From positions 588 through 64,587 of the forward strand of contig CAYSCX010000013.1 of assembly GCA_964429575.1 (NCBI GenBank): a stretch of 64,000 nt of DNA. The letters are read 5' to 3'. This DNA comes from an uncultured Candidatus Binatia bacterium (GTDB taxonomy: Bacteria > Desulfobacterota > Binatia > Binatales > Binataceae). Positions 50,655 to 59,648 of this stretch are shown piece after piece. Below the pieces are notes generated by a model, which was given only the letters and a program-made list of their open reading frames with translations, was not told where the DNA came from and made no database searches. Positions within the stretch are counted from its first letter, which is position 1. Every line of letters begins with the position of its first letter. The translations under genes were made by a program, and so were the position numbers.

Positions 50655-51786
50655 CGAAACTCGAAACGTCCGTGCCGCCATCGGCGAATTCGACGTCGTC
50701 ATCGCAGGTGGCGGACCCGCAGGACTCGCGGTCGCGATCGAGGCGTCGCGCCGCGGCCTCAAAACTGCTGTGCTCGACCGCCGATCACTTCCGGTGGATA
50801 AGGCCTGCGGCGAGGGATTGATGCCGCCGGCCGTTAGCGCCCTCAAAGATCTCGGCGCGCTGCAGCTCCTGGCGAGCGAGGACGCCACGCCGTTTGTCGG
50901 CGTCAGATTCATTGAATCGAAAGGGCGGCATGCCGAGGCGCGCTTTCGCGGCGCCCATGGGCTGGGAGTCAGACGGATTGCACTTGCTGAGGCGTTGAGA
51001 ACGCGCGCGCTTCAGTCTGGCGCCGAGATTCACGAGGTGTGCGCGGTGCGCGGATTCACCTATGACCGCACCGGACTCGACGTCAACACCGAGCACGGTA
51101 TGCTGCGCGCGCAGATGTTGGTCGCCGCCGACGGATTGCATTCGAAGCTTCGCGACGCGGCCGGTCTGGCGCTCGACTCGCGCGGGCCGCGCCGCTTCGG
51201 TATGCGCCAGCATTTCAGAATCCGGCCGTGGAGCGAATTCGTCGAGGTGTATCTCGGTGGCGACGCCGAGGCGTACGTAACGCCCGCCGGTGCGGATCGC
51301 GTTGGCGTTGCGTTCCTTTGGGAAGACGGCCGGCCGAAATGCGATCTCTCGATGCGCGGGTTCCTCGCGAAATTCCCCGCGCTTGAGGCGCGAATTGACG
51401 GCGCCGACTCGGACTCCGATGTGCGTGGCGCGGGACCGCTCGCACGCGCCGCAAGAGCTCGTGTCGCGGATCGGTTTGCCTTAGTTGGCGACGCGGCGGG
51501 CTACGTCGATGCGATAACCGGCGAAGGGCTCTCGCTCGCGCTCGTCGGCGGACAGTCGCTCGGGCGGATGCTGCCCGATGCACTCGCACGCGGCGCGACG
51601 CGCGAGTCTTTGCGCGCATACCAGCGCGAATCGGCGCGCCAGTACCGCCGCTACGCGTTCGTTACTCGTTCGATGCTCGCGATGGCGCGCCGTTCACGGA
51701 TGCGCGAGCTCGCCGTCGGATTGCTCGCGAGACATCCGCGCACATTCGACGCGCTACTCAATTGGGCCCTCGCCGGCGCATATTGA
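50638..51786 (+). CDS. FAD-dependent monooxygenase/oxidoreductase of the geranylgeranyl-reductase-like family (SrsC-like hydroxylase). It uses an internal GTG start that overlaps the methyltransferase stop.
   Basis: It has a Rossmann motif (DVVIAGGGPAGLAVA), a GD motif and a DG motif (VAADGLHS). The track's 50476 start would overlap the upstream gene by about 180 bp. Confidence 0.8.
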   Translation: MCAVPDETRNVRAAIGEFDVVIAGGGPAGLAVAIEASRRGLKTAVLDRRSLPVDKACGEGLMPPAVSALKDLGALQLLASEDATPFVGVRFIESKGRHAEARFRGAHGLGVRRIALAEALRTRALQSGAEIHEVCAVRGFTYDRTGLDVNTEHGMLRAQMLVAADGLHSKLRDAAGLALDSRGPRRFGMRQHFRIRPWSEFVEVYLGGDAEAYVTPAGADRVGVAFLWEDGRPKCDLSMRGFLAKFPALEARIDGADSDSDVRGAGPLARAARARVADRFALVGDAAGYVDAITGEGLSLALVGGQSLGRMLPDALARGATRESLRAYQRESARQYRRYAFVTRSMLAMARRSRMRELAVGLLARHPRTFDALLNWALAGAY

Positions 51787-51867
51787 GCGACCTGATCCCG
51801 TTTAGTCACTCGACGCGCTCGCGCCCCGCCCGTAATGCCCTTTTCAACGTTCTGCTAGAGTGGCGGG

Positions 51868-52539
51868 ATGTTCTTCGCCCCCTTCGTTCTGATCTACTCG
51901 CTTCTCTTCTTTCTCGTTCTCGCGTTCCTGTTCGTGCTCATCGAGATTGGAATCATCAACTACGCATTCCAGCGCATCGGCCTTTCACCGGAACTTGCAT
52001 TTCTCGCGCTGTTCGCGAGTCTGGCCGGTAGTTACGTAAACGTCCCGCTCCGGCGAATCGAGGGCGGCGCGGCCCACCCGGTGGAACTCGTCTCGAGCTT
52101 TGGAATCAGATACCGCGTGCCGATGCGCCTCGCGGGCGGCTCAACGATGCTTGCGGTGAACGTCGGCGGCGCGATCGTGCCGTTGCTCCTCTCGGCGTAC
52201 GTTCTCTTGCTCGAACCCGCCGCAATCGCCAGCGCGCTCATCTGCACCGCAATCGTCACGCTCGTGGTGAACCGCTTCGCACGCCCGATTCCCGGTTTGG
52301 GTATCGCGACGCCGATGCTGATTCCGCCCGTTGTCGCCGCGATCGCGGCCTATGCCCTGGGCGGCGAAAATCGCGCGGCGGTCGCCTACGTCAGCGGAGT
52401 GATGGGCACGCTGATCGGCGCGGACCTGATGAACCTCGGACGGCTCCGCGATCTTGGCGCCCCGGTCGCATCGATCGGCGGCGCCGGCACCTTCGACGGA
52501 ATCTTCCTGACCGGAATCGTCGCCGTCCTGCTCGCGTAG
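51868..52539 (+). CDS. Polytopic membrane protein of unknown function, 80 bp downstream of the PKS operon.
   Basis: The 223-aa protein has about 6 hydrophobic helices and Gly/Ala-rich loops. I assigned no family. Confidence 0.55.
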   Translation: MFFAPFVLIYSLLFFLVLAFLFVLIEIGIINYAFQRIGLSPELAFLALFASLAGSYVNVPLRRIEGGAAHPVELVSSFGIRYRVPMRLAGGSTMLAVNVGGAIVPLLLSAYVLLLEPAAIASALICTAIVTLVVNRFARPIPGLGIATPMLIPPVVAAIAAYALGGENRAAVAYVSGVMGTLIGADLMNLGRLRDLGAPVASIGGAGTFDGIFLTGIVAVLLA

Positions 52540-52559
52540 GATTCTGCTTCGGCTTGGAG

Positions 52560-53006
52560 TTACGCTTGCGATCGCGCAGTCGCGACGCCGACCGCCCACA
52601 AGTACCCGTCGGGATCCTCGACCATCACTTCGCGCCACCCGTGCCCCTTCGACGTAGTCTGCTGCACGACGACCGCGCCGTTTCTGCGCGCGCGTTCCTC
52701 GAGCGCGTCAGGATCGACGCCGAACAACCGCAGTTCCGCGCCCAGCCCGCGCGCGCCACCGTTTTCGAGCCGCGGATACCAGGGGTGTTGGTCATAGGTG
52801 TGATCCGCGTGAAGCATCATGTCGTGGCCCATAAGCTGCAGCGCCGCGAAATCCGGGTCGGCGTAGAGCACGCGAGCCGACATCACTTCGTGATAAAACG
52901 CGACCGCGCGCGAAATGTCGCGCACGATCAGATTCACGGCGAACTTCGGCAGCGACCGTCCGTAGCGGTCGGCTGGCATCCAAGGCTCGCCGGTTCTCTT
53001 TTTCAT
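52560..53006 (-). CDS. VOC-family protein (glyoxalase/bleomycin-resistance fold).
   Basis: It shows the paired beta-alpha-beta-beta-beta module pattern (FAVNLIVRDISRAVAFY…GYLWAV). Confidence 0.65.
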   Translation of the reverse strand: MKKRTGEPWMPADRYGRSLPKFAVNLIVRDISRAVAFYHEVMSARVLYADPDFAALQLMGHDMMLHADHTYDQHPWYPRLENGGARGLGAELRLFGVDPDALEERARRNGAVVVQQTTSKGHGWREVMVEDPDGYLWAVGVATARSQA

Positions 53007-53581
53007 GGTGCGCTTCCCTGTTGCGGAGCGGCGTGCTGCGCCGCGCGCACGATGTCATACACGCGCCTATCATCTGTGAGTTCAGGGTGGAACGTTGCGG
53101 CGAACACCCGTCCCTCGCGGACCAACGCCGGTTCGCCTTGGTAGCGCGCGAGCACTTCCACATGCGGTCCGGTGCGCACGATGCGCGGGGCGCGGATGAA
53201 CACGCCTGGCAAAGGCGGCTCCAGCGTCGCCTCGAAGGAGTCGATTTGCCGTCCCCACGCGTTCCGCTCGACGTCGATATCGATCATTGCCCATGATTGC
53301 TGCGCGGGCCGGGTCACGTTCTTCGCGAGCAGTATCGCCCCCGCGCACGTGCCGAACACGATTGCGCCGCGCACGATGAGGCGCCGCACTGCTTCCTCGA
53401 TACCGCTTGCGTCGAGCAGCCGCAGCAACGTGGTCGATTCGCCACCCGGGATTACGAGCAGGTCGAGCGTGTCGATCTGCGAGGCAGTGCGTATTTCGGC
53501 GGCGCCATCGAGCGCCGCGGCATGCGCGGCGAAGTCGCCTTGCAGCGCAAGCACTCCGGTTCTCATCTTCGTACCCACCAT
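53003..53581 (-). CDS. pdxT: Pyridoxal 5'-phosphate synthase glutaminase subunit.
   Basis: A class I glutamine amidotransferase with a catalytic Cys (VFGTCAGAILL) and the typical PdxT N-terminus (VLALQGDFAAH). Confidence 0.9.
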   Translation of the reverse strand: MVGTKMRTGVLALQGDFAAHAAALDGAAEIRTASQIDTLDLLVIPGGESTTLLRLLDASGIEEAVRRLIVRGAIVFGTCAGAILLAKNVTRPAQQSWAMIDIDVERNAWGRQIDSFEATLEPPLPGVFIRAPRIVRTGPHVEVLARYQGEPALVREGRVFAATFHPELTDDRRVYDIVRAAQHAAPQQGSAP

Positions 53582-53613
53582 TCTATTCAGCTTCGCGCGT
53601 CCGAAGCTGCGCG

Positions 53614-54966
53614 TCAGTTGGTTCGTTTCGCTATGTCAATGATCGCCGCGAGGCTGCGTTCCACATCCGAATCGGTAGTCGCCCACGACGAGACGCTGAT
53701 CCGCATAGCGGTATACCCTTGCCAATCGGTACCGCCGCACCAACACGTGCCGTCCTCTTCCACGGCCTTGACGATGCGCTCGGTCCGGTCGGCAGTCCCA
53801 AAGGAGACCAGGACCTGATTCAGGACCACGTCGTTAAGGATCGAGAAACCCGCACGCGCCAGCGCTTGAGCGAAGCGTCTCGCATGCGCGCAGTTGCGTT
53901 CCAGCAAGTCGGCGAGGCCGCGCCGTCCCAGCGATCGCAGCGCGGCCCATACTTCGACGCCGCGTGCCCGGCGCGACAATTCGGGTGTGAAATGGCTGGG
54001 CTCCCGGCCCTGGTGGGTGGCCAAATATGCTGCGGGGCGAAGAGCCATCGCCGCGCGAAGACTGTCTGAGTCGCGCACGAACGCAAGTCCGCTGTCATAC
54101 GGGACGTTCAGCCACTTATGCGCGTCCGTTGCGGACGAATCGGCGTCAGCAAGACCTTGGGTCAGGTGGCGGAGACCAGGCGCAGCGGCAGCCCACATGC
54201 CGAAGGCCCCGTCGACGTGCACCCATGCGCCGGCGCCGTGAGCACGAGCGCAGATCTCCTTGAGGTCGTCGCATGCGCCGGTGTTCACGTTGCCTGCTTG
54301 AGCGCATACGACGGTGGAAGCGCTCATTGGCGGGAGCGCGTCAACGCGCAACCGGCCCTGCGCGTCAACGGGAACGCGCAGAACGCGACGCCCGCCGAGA
54401 CCCAACAAACTGAGCGCCTTTAACACCGAGACGTGGACTTCGTCGCTGGCGATCACGTCGATTGGAGGCGCGCCGAATAGCCCGTCTTCATCAGCGTTCC
54501 ACCCAACCCTGGCGAGAAGCGCATGCCTGGCGGCCGCGAGCGCAGTGAAGTTCGCCATCGTGGCGCCGGTCACGAATGCGCCGCCATATTGGTTCGGCAA
54601 TCCCAGAACCTCTAGAAGCCAGCGAAGTGTGATTTCTTCGATAGCGGCGGCCACTGGTGAAGTCGCGACCGTAGCAGCATTCTGATCCCAAGCTGACGCC
54701 AGCCAGTTGGCTGCAAGCGCTGCCGGCAATGAGCTTCCGATCACAAAACCGAAGTACGCGCCACCAGCGCTCGCCACGGTGGCGGGCGAACCCACTTCAT
54801 GCAGCAAGTTCAAGACCGTAAGCGGATCGCTGGGAGATTCCGGCAGATCGCCGCCTAGAGCAGAGAGCCGCGTAAGCGCCTCCGGTGAGGGATACACGCG
54901 GCGGGCCGCGAGGCTCGTCAGGTATTCCAACGAGTACCGGGCGGCGGCGGTCAACAAATCATTCAT
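53614..54966 (-). CDS. Group II pyridoxal-phosphate-dependent decarboxylase (DOPA/tyrosine/diaminobutyrate decarboxylase family).
   Basis: The PLP-lysine context (DAHKWLNVPYDSGLAFV) and fold-type I motifs (…VDGAFGMWAAA…) are present. It sits between pdxS and pdxT. Confidence 0.85.
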   Translation of the reverse strand: MNDLLTAAARYSLEYLTSLAARRVYPSPEALTRLSALGGDLPESPSDPLTVLNLLHEVGSPATVASAGGAYFGFVIGSSLPAALAANWLASAWDQNAATVATSPVAAAIEEITLRWLLEVLGLPNQYGGAFVTGATMANFTALAAARHALLARVGWNADEDGLFGAPPIDVIASDEVHVSVLKALSLLGLGGRRVLRVPVDAQGRLRVDALPPMSASTVVCAQAGNVNTGACDDLKEICARAHGAGAWVHVDGAFGMWAAAAPGLRHLTQGLADADSSATDAHKWLNVPYDSGLAFVRDSDSLRAAMALRPAAYLATHQGREPSHFTPELSRRARGVEVWAALRSLGRRGLADLLERNCAHARRFAQALARAGFSILNDVVLNQVLVSFGTADRTERIVKAVEEDGTCWCGGTDWQGYTAMRISVSSWATTDSDVERSLAAIIDIAKRTN

Positions 54967-54984
54967 GCGGAAGTTGCGCCTTAG

Positions 54985-55869
54985 TCACCATCCTCGGGCC
55001 TGCAGTAACTCTTCGGGGCGCAGTTTTGAGATTTCGAGACCCGGCATCGCGCCCGCCAAATCGCCGGACACTTCCGCGAGTATCCTGGGATCCTGGTAGT
55101 GCGTCGTCGCGAGAACGATCGCGCGCGCGCGGCGCGCCGGATCCTCGGACTTGAAGATGCCGGAGCCGACGAACACGGACTGCGCGCCGAGCTGCATCAT
55201 GAGCGCGGCGTCCGCGGGTGTCGCGATTCCGCCGGCGGCGAAATTCGGCACCGGCAGCCGTCCCTCGCGCGCGACCGTCTGCACCAGTTCGTACGGCGCG
55301 CCGAGCTCCTTCGCCGCGGCCATGAGTTCGTCGTCGCGAAGTGTCGTCAGTTTGCGAACGGCGGACATCACGGCGCGCATGTGCCGGACCGCCTCGACAA
55401 TGTTCCCGCTGCCGGCCTCGCCCTTGGTGCGAATGAGCGCGGCGCCTTCGCCGATTCGTCGAAGCGCCTCGCCAAGGTCGCGCGCGCCGCACACGAACGG
55501 CACCTTGAACGCGTGCTTGTCGATATGAAACGACTCGTCGGCGGGTGTCAGCACCTCGCTCTCGTCGACGAAGTCAACGCCGAGCGACTCGAGAATCTGC
55601 GCCTCGACGAAGTGTCCGATGCGCACCTTTGCCATCACGGGGATGGTGACGGTGTCCTGGATTTCGCGGATGACGCGCACCGATGACATGCGCGCGACGC
55701 CGCCGTGGGCGCGGATGTCGGCCGGCACTCGTTCCAGCGCCATCACCGCCACCGCTCCGGCGGCCTCGGCGATGCGCGCGTGTTCGGCGTTGACGACGTC
55801 CATGATGACGCCGCCCTTGAGCATCTCCGCGAGACCGGTCTTAAGTCGAAGCGTTCCCTTTTCGCTCAT
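54985..55869 (-). CDS. pdxS: Pyridoxal 5'-phosphate synthase lyase subunit.
   Basis: The sequence [43 protein letters not shown] is near-identical to the PdxS/SNZ consensus. Confidence 0.95.
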   Translation of the reverse strand: MSEKGTLRLKTGLAEMLKGGVIMDVVNAEHARIAEAAGAVAVMALERVPADIRAHGGVARMSSVRVIREIQDTVTIPVMAKVRIGHFVEAQILESLGVDFVDESEVLTPADESFHIDKHAFKVPFVCGARDLGEALRRIGEGAALIRTKGEAGSGNIVEAVRHMRAVMSAVRKLTTLRDDELMAAAKELGAPYELVQTVAREGRLPVPNFAAGGIATPADAALMMQLGAQSVFVGSGIFKSEDPARRARAIVLATTHYQDPRILAEVSGDLAGAMPGLEISKLRPEELLQARGW

Positions 55870-55881
55870 CTCGATTACTCC

Positions 55882-57426
55882 CTAGATCAAGATTCCAAGT
55901 CCGCTTTGCGAGTCGTGTTCGGGCGCGTGGCTTACGAGCGTTTCGATTATTTCGCCCAGACCGCGGACGCCGGTGCGGATCTCGGCGGGCGTCGAATGGC
56001 CGTAGCCCAGGCGGAATGCGTTGACGAAACGGCCGTCGATGTCATGCAGCGGGCCGGGATTGATCGCGACGCCGTGGTCGATGCCGCGCAGAAAGAGCTG
56101 GATCGACGAGACTCCGCGCGGCAGCGTGACCCACAGTTGGAAGCCTCCCTGCGGTCGCGTCCACGTCACGCCGTCCGGCATAAACTCCTTGAGCGCCGCA
56201 ACCGCCGCGTCGCGCCGCGGGCGGTAGTACGCGCGCATCCGATCGACGTGCTTCGTGTACGCGTCGGCGAGAAATCCCGCGGCGATCGCCTGCGTCAGCG
56301 CCGGTCCACCCATGTCCATGTGGCGCTTGTAGGTGAGCAGCTCGCCGATCACTGCGCGGTCGGCAGCCAGGTACCCAACGCGCAGACCCGGCATGAAGAC
56401 TTTGGAGATGGAGCCGATCGCGATGCGTCGACCCTGCGGCAGCAGAGAGTAAAGCGCGGCCGGCTCGTCGCCCTCGAAGCGAAGGTCGCGAAAGATCGTA
56501 TCGTCAATGACGATCGTGTCGGACTCGCGCGCCCAGGCGGCGAGATCGCGGCGGAATGACATCGGCGCGGTCGCACCGGTCGGGTTGTGAAAGTCCGCGC
56601 AGAGGTAGAAGGCCGTGCGCCGGCCTGTCGACGCCGCCTGCAGTTGGTCGAGGTTCGGCGCGCCGTTCTCCCACGCGACCGACTGAACCGCGTGACCGAA
56701 CATCATGAACGCGCCCGGCACGCCGGTGTAGGTCGGTGTCTCGCAAATCGCGGTGCGCCCGTCGTCGCGGGTCCACGCCGCCGCAAGTGCGATGGCTTGC
56801 TGGCTGCCGTTGGTGATGATGAGCTCGTCTGGCGTAATGCTGATACCGCGGCGCGTCAGGTACGCCGCAAGAATTTCGCGGAGCTCGGTAAGGCCCGCGG
56901 GACCGCCGTACTCGAGGAGCCGTGACGGGCCGCGTTTGAGCGCCTTGGCGACCAGCTTTTCGAGCAGGCCGTCAGGCACAGTCGCAACGTTGGGTACTCC
57001 TCCGGCGAGGTTTATCGTGCCCGGGCGGCGCTCGACGGAAACCAGTTCGCGTAGGCCGCGCAGCACGCCCTCGCGCAAGCGTCGAATCGAACGCTGAACG
57101 TCGGCGCGGGGCTCGGCTGCGGGCCCGCTGCCGTTCGGCGAGGAGTTGGGCTTCGCGACAAATGTCCCGCGGCCGACTTCGGAGCGAACCAGGCCCGCCT
57201 TTTCCAGGCGCTGGAATACCTTGTGGACGGTCAGCTTGTTGACCTTGAGGTCGCGCCCCCATTCGGCGACTGAGGGCAGGCGATCGCCGGGCTTGAGTTC
57301 GCCGCGGGTGATGGCGGCGCGGATTGATGCTTCCAGCTGCTGGTAGAGCGGTGCATCGCCGTTGGGTCTTAGCCGTGGTCTCCAAGCCATGCCGTCGGAT
57401 ATATTATCGAATATTCTATAAGTCAA
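55882..57426 (-). CDS. pdxR: MocR/GntR-family regulator with a fused aminotransferase-like domain (PdxR-like).
   Basis: It has an N-terminal GntR wHTH (PLYQQLEASIRAAITRGELKPGDRLPSVAEWGRDLKVNKLTV) and a C-terminal fold-type I PLP domain. It lies directly upstream of pdxS in the same orientation. Confidence 0.85.
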   Translation of the reverse strand: MTYRIFDNISDGMAWRPRLRPNGDAPLYQQLEASIRAAITRGELKPGDRLPSVAEWGRDLKVNKLTVHKVFQRLEKAGLVRSEVGRGTFVAKPNSSPNGSGPAAEPRADVQRSIRRLREGVLRGLRELVSVERRPGTINLAGGVPNVATVPDGLLEKLVAKALKRGPSRLLEYGGPAGLTELREILAAYLTRRGISITPDELIITNGSQQAIALAAAWTRDDGRTAICETPTYTGVPGAFMMFGHAVQSVAWENGAPNLDQLQAASTGRRTAFYLCADFHNPTGATAPMSFRRDLAAWARESDTIVIDDTIFRDLRFEGDEPAALYSLLPQGRRIAIGSISKVFMPGLRVGYLAADRAVIGELLTYKRHMDMGGPALTQAIAAGFLADAYTKHVDRMRAYYRPRRDAAVAALKEFMPDGVTWTRPQGGFQLWVTLPRGVSSIQLFLRGIDHGVAINPGPLHDIDGRFVNAFRLGYGHSTPAEIRTGVRGLGEIIETLVSHAPEHDSQSGLGILI

Positions 57427-57507
57427 TAGGCGGAGCGCCTCGCATGACGAAAAACCGCCTGCTCTCGCGTCGCGAGGGGAGATTCGAAATGAAATGCAGG
57501 GCCGGCG

Positions 57508-57909
57508 CTATGCGGGCTTGAACTTGACCAGGGTGTGATCGGGCGTGACGTCGTCGAAGTACACCACCACCGGCATCTCGACCCGGACCTGCTCGGGCGG
57601 CGCCACGATGTTGGTGGTCATCCGCGGCCCTTCGTCGAGCTCGACGATCGCCAGGACGTACGGTGCGTCGCCAAATGAACGCGCGGACGCGCGCCGCACC
57701 ACCGTGTAGCTGTGAACCTTGCCGCGCCCGCTGACTGGTTTCCACGCGAGACGATCGGAGAAACAATGCGGGCATCGGTCGCGCGGATAGTAGATGAATT
57801 TTCGGCACGACTCGCACTGCTGAAGTTTCAGCTCATGCTTGCGCGCGGCCTCCCAAAACGGACGCGACGTCGGCGATGGCTTCGGAAGCGGCTTGATGTA
57901 TTCGCTCAT
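57508..57909 (-). CDS. DUF35-type Zn-ribbon/OB-fold protein, a partner of SCP-x-type thiolases.
   Basis: It has a CxxC…CxxC Zn ribbon (CESCRKFIYYPRDRCPHC) followed by an OB fold. It overlaps the thiolase gene by 4 bp. Confidence 0.75.
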   Translation of the reverse strand: MSEYIKPLPKPSPTSRPFWEAARKHELKLQQCESCRKFIYYPRDRCPHCFSDRLAWKPVSGRGKVHSYTVVRRASARSFGDAPYVLAIVELDEGPRMTTNIVAPPEQVRVEMPVVVYFDDVTPDHTLVKFKPA

Positions 57910-59066
57910 GACGCACGCTCCAAGACGAGACTAACCTGCTCGCTCATGATGCCGCCGTTGCCGTTGACGTAGGCGAGCTTTGCATTTTTCACCTGCCGCG
58001 CATCGCCGCGTCCCATCAACTGACGAATCGCCTCGGTGACGTGGCTCATGCCGCCGCCCAAGCCTGGCTGTCCGAACGAGAGCTGCCCGCCGTGGGTGTT
58101 GCACGGGAAGTCGCCCGCCCAGGAGAGGTCGTGCTCCCACACGAACGCGCCGCCCTGTCCCTTCTTGCAAAAGCCGGCGTCCTCGAGCGTGACGATCACG
58201 GTGATCGTGTAACAGTCATACGGCTCGACGAAGTCCATATCCTTGGGCGCAAGGCCCGCCATCTTGAAGGCGGCTTCGGCGGCGGGCTTGATTGGCGAGT
58301 CGGTGAGCGAGGGCGCGTAGGTGATGGTCGAGTGGTTGGAATACTCGCCCGCGCCGAGCAGCCAGACCGGTGGATGCTTGGCGCGTTTGGCGACCTCCGG
58401 CGATGCGACCACGACCGCGGCGCCGCCGCTGGCTGGGCTCACGATTTCGAACAGGTGCAGCGGATCGACGATCATGCGAGAGCCGAGCACGTCTGCGATG
58501 GTGAGCGGCTTGTCGTTGAAGATCGCGAGCGGATTCTGGAGCGCGTTCTTGCGCTGATCGACCGCGACCTTCGCCATCTGCTCGGGCTTGGTGCCGTACT
58601 CGAACATGTGGCGATGCGCGATCATCGCGTAGCCGCAATTCGCGCCGATATTGCCGTAGGGCGCCTCGAATTCGCGCTGCACCGAGATGGTCGGCGGGCG
58701 CTGGTCGCCCGCGCGGTTCAAGTCCGCGACGATGCACAGCACCGCCGAACACATGCCCGCGTCGATTGCCGCGGCCGCGCGCCAAATCATCCCAGCCGGA
58801 CTCGCGCCGCCGATGTCAACCTGGTTGAGCATGCGCGCGTTGATGCCCAGCACCTCGCACGCGCTGGCGGGATAGATGAAACCGGGGTCTGCGAACGGCA
58901 CGCCGACCAGGAAGCCATCGATGTCGCGTTTCTCGAGGCCTGCGTCGGCGATCGCCTCAGCGGCTACCTTCGCCATCAGGCCCAGCGCCGTCACGTCGGC
59001 CGACGCCTCCTTCATCGGCTTCAACTCGCCGATTCCAATCGCGGCGGCTTTGCGCTTGAGACTCAT
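57906..59066 (-). CDS. Thiolase-like protein of the SCP-x type (non-specific lipid-transfer-protein thiolase, BbsB/Ltp2-like).
   Basis: It has the thiolase fold but lacks the classic biosynthetic-thiolase signatures. Its co-operonic DUF35 partner is typical of this class. Confidence 0.8.
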   Translation of the reverse strand: MSLKRKAAAIGIGELKPMKEASADVTALGLMAKVAAEAIADAGLEKRDIDGFLVGVPFADPGFIYPASACEVLGINARMLNQVDIGGASPAGMIWRAAAAIDAGMCSAVLCIVADLNRAGDQRPPTISVQREFEAPYGNIGANCGYAMIAHRHMFEYGTKPEQMAKVAVDQRKNALQNPLAIFNDKPLTIADVLGSRMIVDPLHLFEIVSPASGGAAVVVASPEVAKRAKHPPVWLLGAGEYSNHSTITYAPSLTDSPIKPAAEAAFKMAGLAPKDMDFVEPYDCYTITVIVTLEDAGFCKKGQGGAFVWEHDLSWAGDFPCNTHGGQLSFGQPGLGGGMSHVTEAIRQLMGRGDARQVKNAKLAYVNGNGGIMSEQVSLVLERAS

Positions 59067-59206
59067 CGTTCAATTCCTCGACGGGTGATTTGGTCGCCTG
59101 TTGCTTAGCACAGATCCGTCCGGTCCGATTAGCGCGCGAGGCGGCTGTGGATGCTGACACGCGCAGGCGAGTCGGCTAGCGTTGCGGGGTTCAAGGAGCG
59201 CGAACG

Positions 59207-59386
59207 ATGGCATTCATCATGTGCGACGATCACCAGATCGACGTCGAGGCCGACGGGGTCGATCCGGCCGCGGCCAAGAAGCTTATGCTCACCGACACGA
59301 AGCCGGATGCGAATGCGGCCGAGCGCGAAGTGATCGAGTTCGGGAAGATTCATCGCGACTGCAACATCCGAATCCTCGCAGGATGA
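59207..59386 (+). CDS. Candidate unannotated 59-aa protein (MAFIMCDDHQIDVEADGVDP…HRDCNIRILAG), below the ORF-track size cutoff.
   Basis: A strong SD (AAGGAG) lies 8 nt upstream of the ATG. GC3 is about 80%, like the genuine genes. I assigned no family. Confidence 0.35.
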   Translation: MAFIMCDDHQIDVEADGVDPAAAKKLMLTDTKPDANAAEREVIEFGKIHRDCNIRILAG

Positions 59387-59473
59387 AGGAGCGCTGAACT
59401 GCTGCGGACTGCACAGCGTTACGCGCGCCGTTCGTTGCGCATGTTCTCCGCACCAACATTTTCGCCATCGCAG

Positions 59474-59503
59474 TTGACCCGCTCTCTCGCGCGTCGATAC
59501 ACT
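59474..59503 (+). promoter_or_regulatory. Sigma70-like promoter for tRNA-fMet: TTGACC, a 17-bp spacer, then ATACAC, placing the predicted TSS at the first tRNA base.
   Basis: The -35 box is at 59474-59479 and the -10 box at 59497-59502. The tRNA begins at 59509. Confidence 0.35.
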
Positions 59504-59508
59504 GCCCG

Positions 59509-59585
59509 CGCGGGGTGGAGCAGTCTGGTAGCTCGCCGGGCTCATAACCCGGAGGTCGAAGGTTCAAATCCTTCCCCCGCAACCA
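59509..59585 (+). tRNA. Initiator tRNA-fMet (anticodon CAU).
   Basis: CGCGGGGTGGAGCAGTCTGGTAGCTCGCCGGGCTCATAACCCGGAGGTCGAAGGTTCAAATCCTTCCCCCGCAACCA is near-identical to E. coli tRNA-fMet. It has the unpaired C1 opposite A72, three consecutive G:C pairs in the anticodon stem, and an encoded CCA. Confidence 0.9.
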
Positions 59586-59648
59586 CCAAAACGTTCAATT
59601 CACCATGTCGGCCGGGTTCATCGTCGCTGACTGATCCGCATAGCCGCT

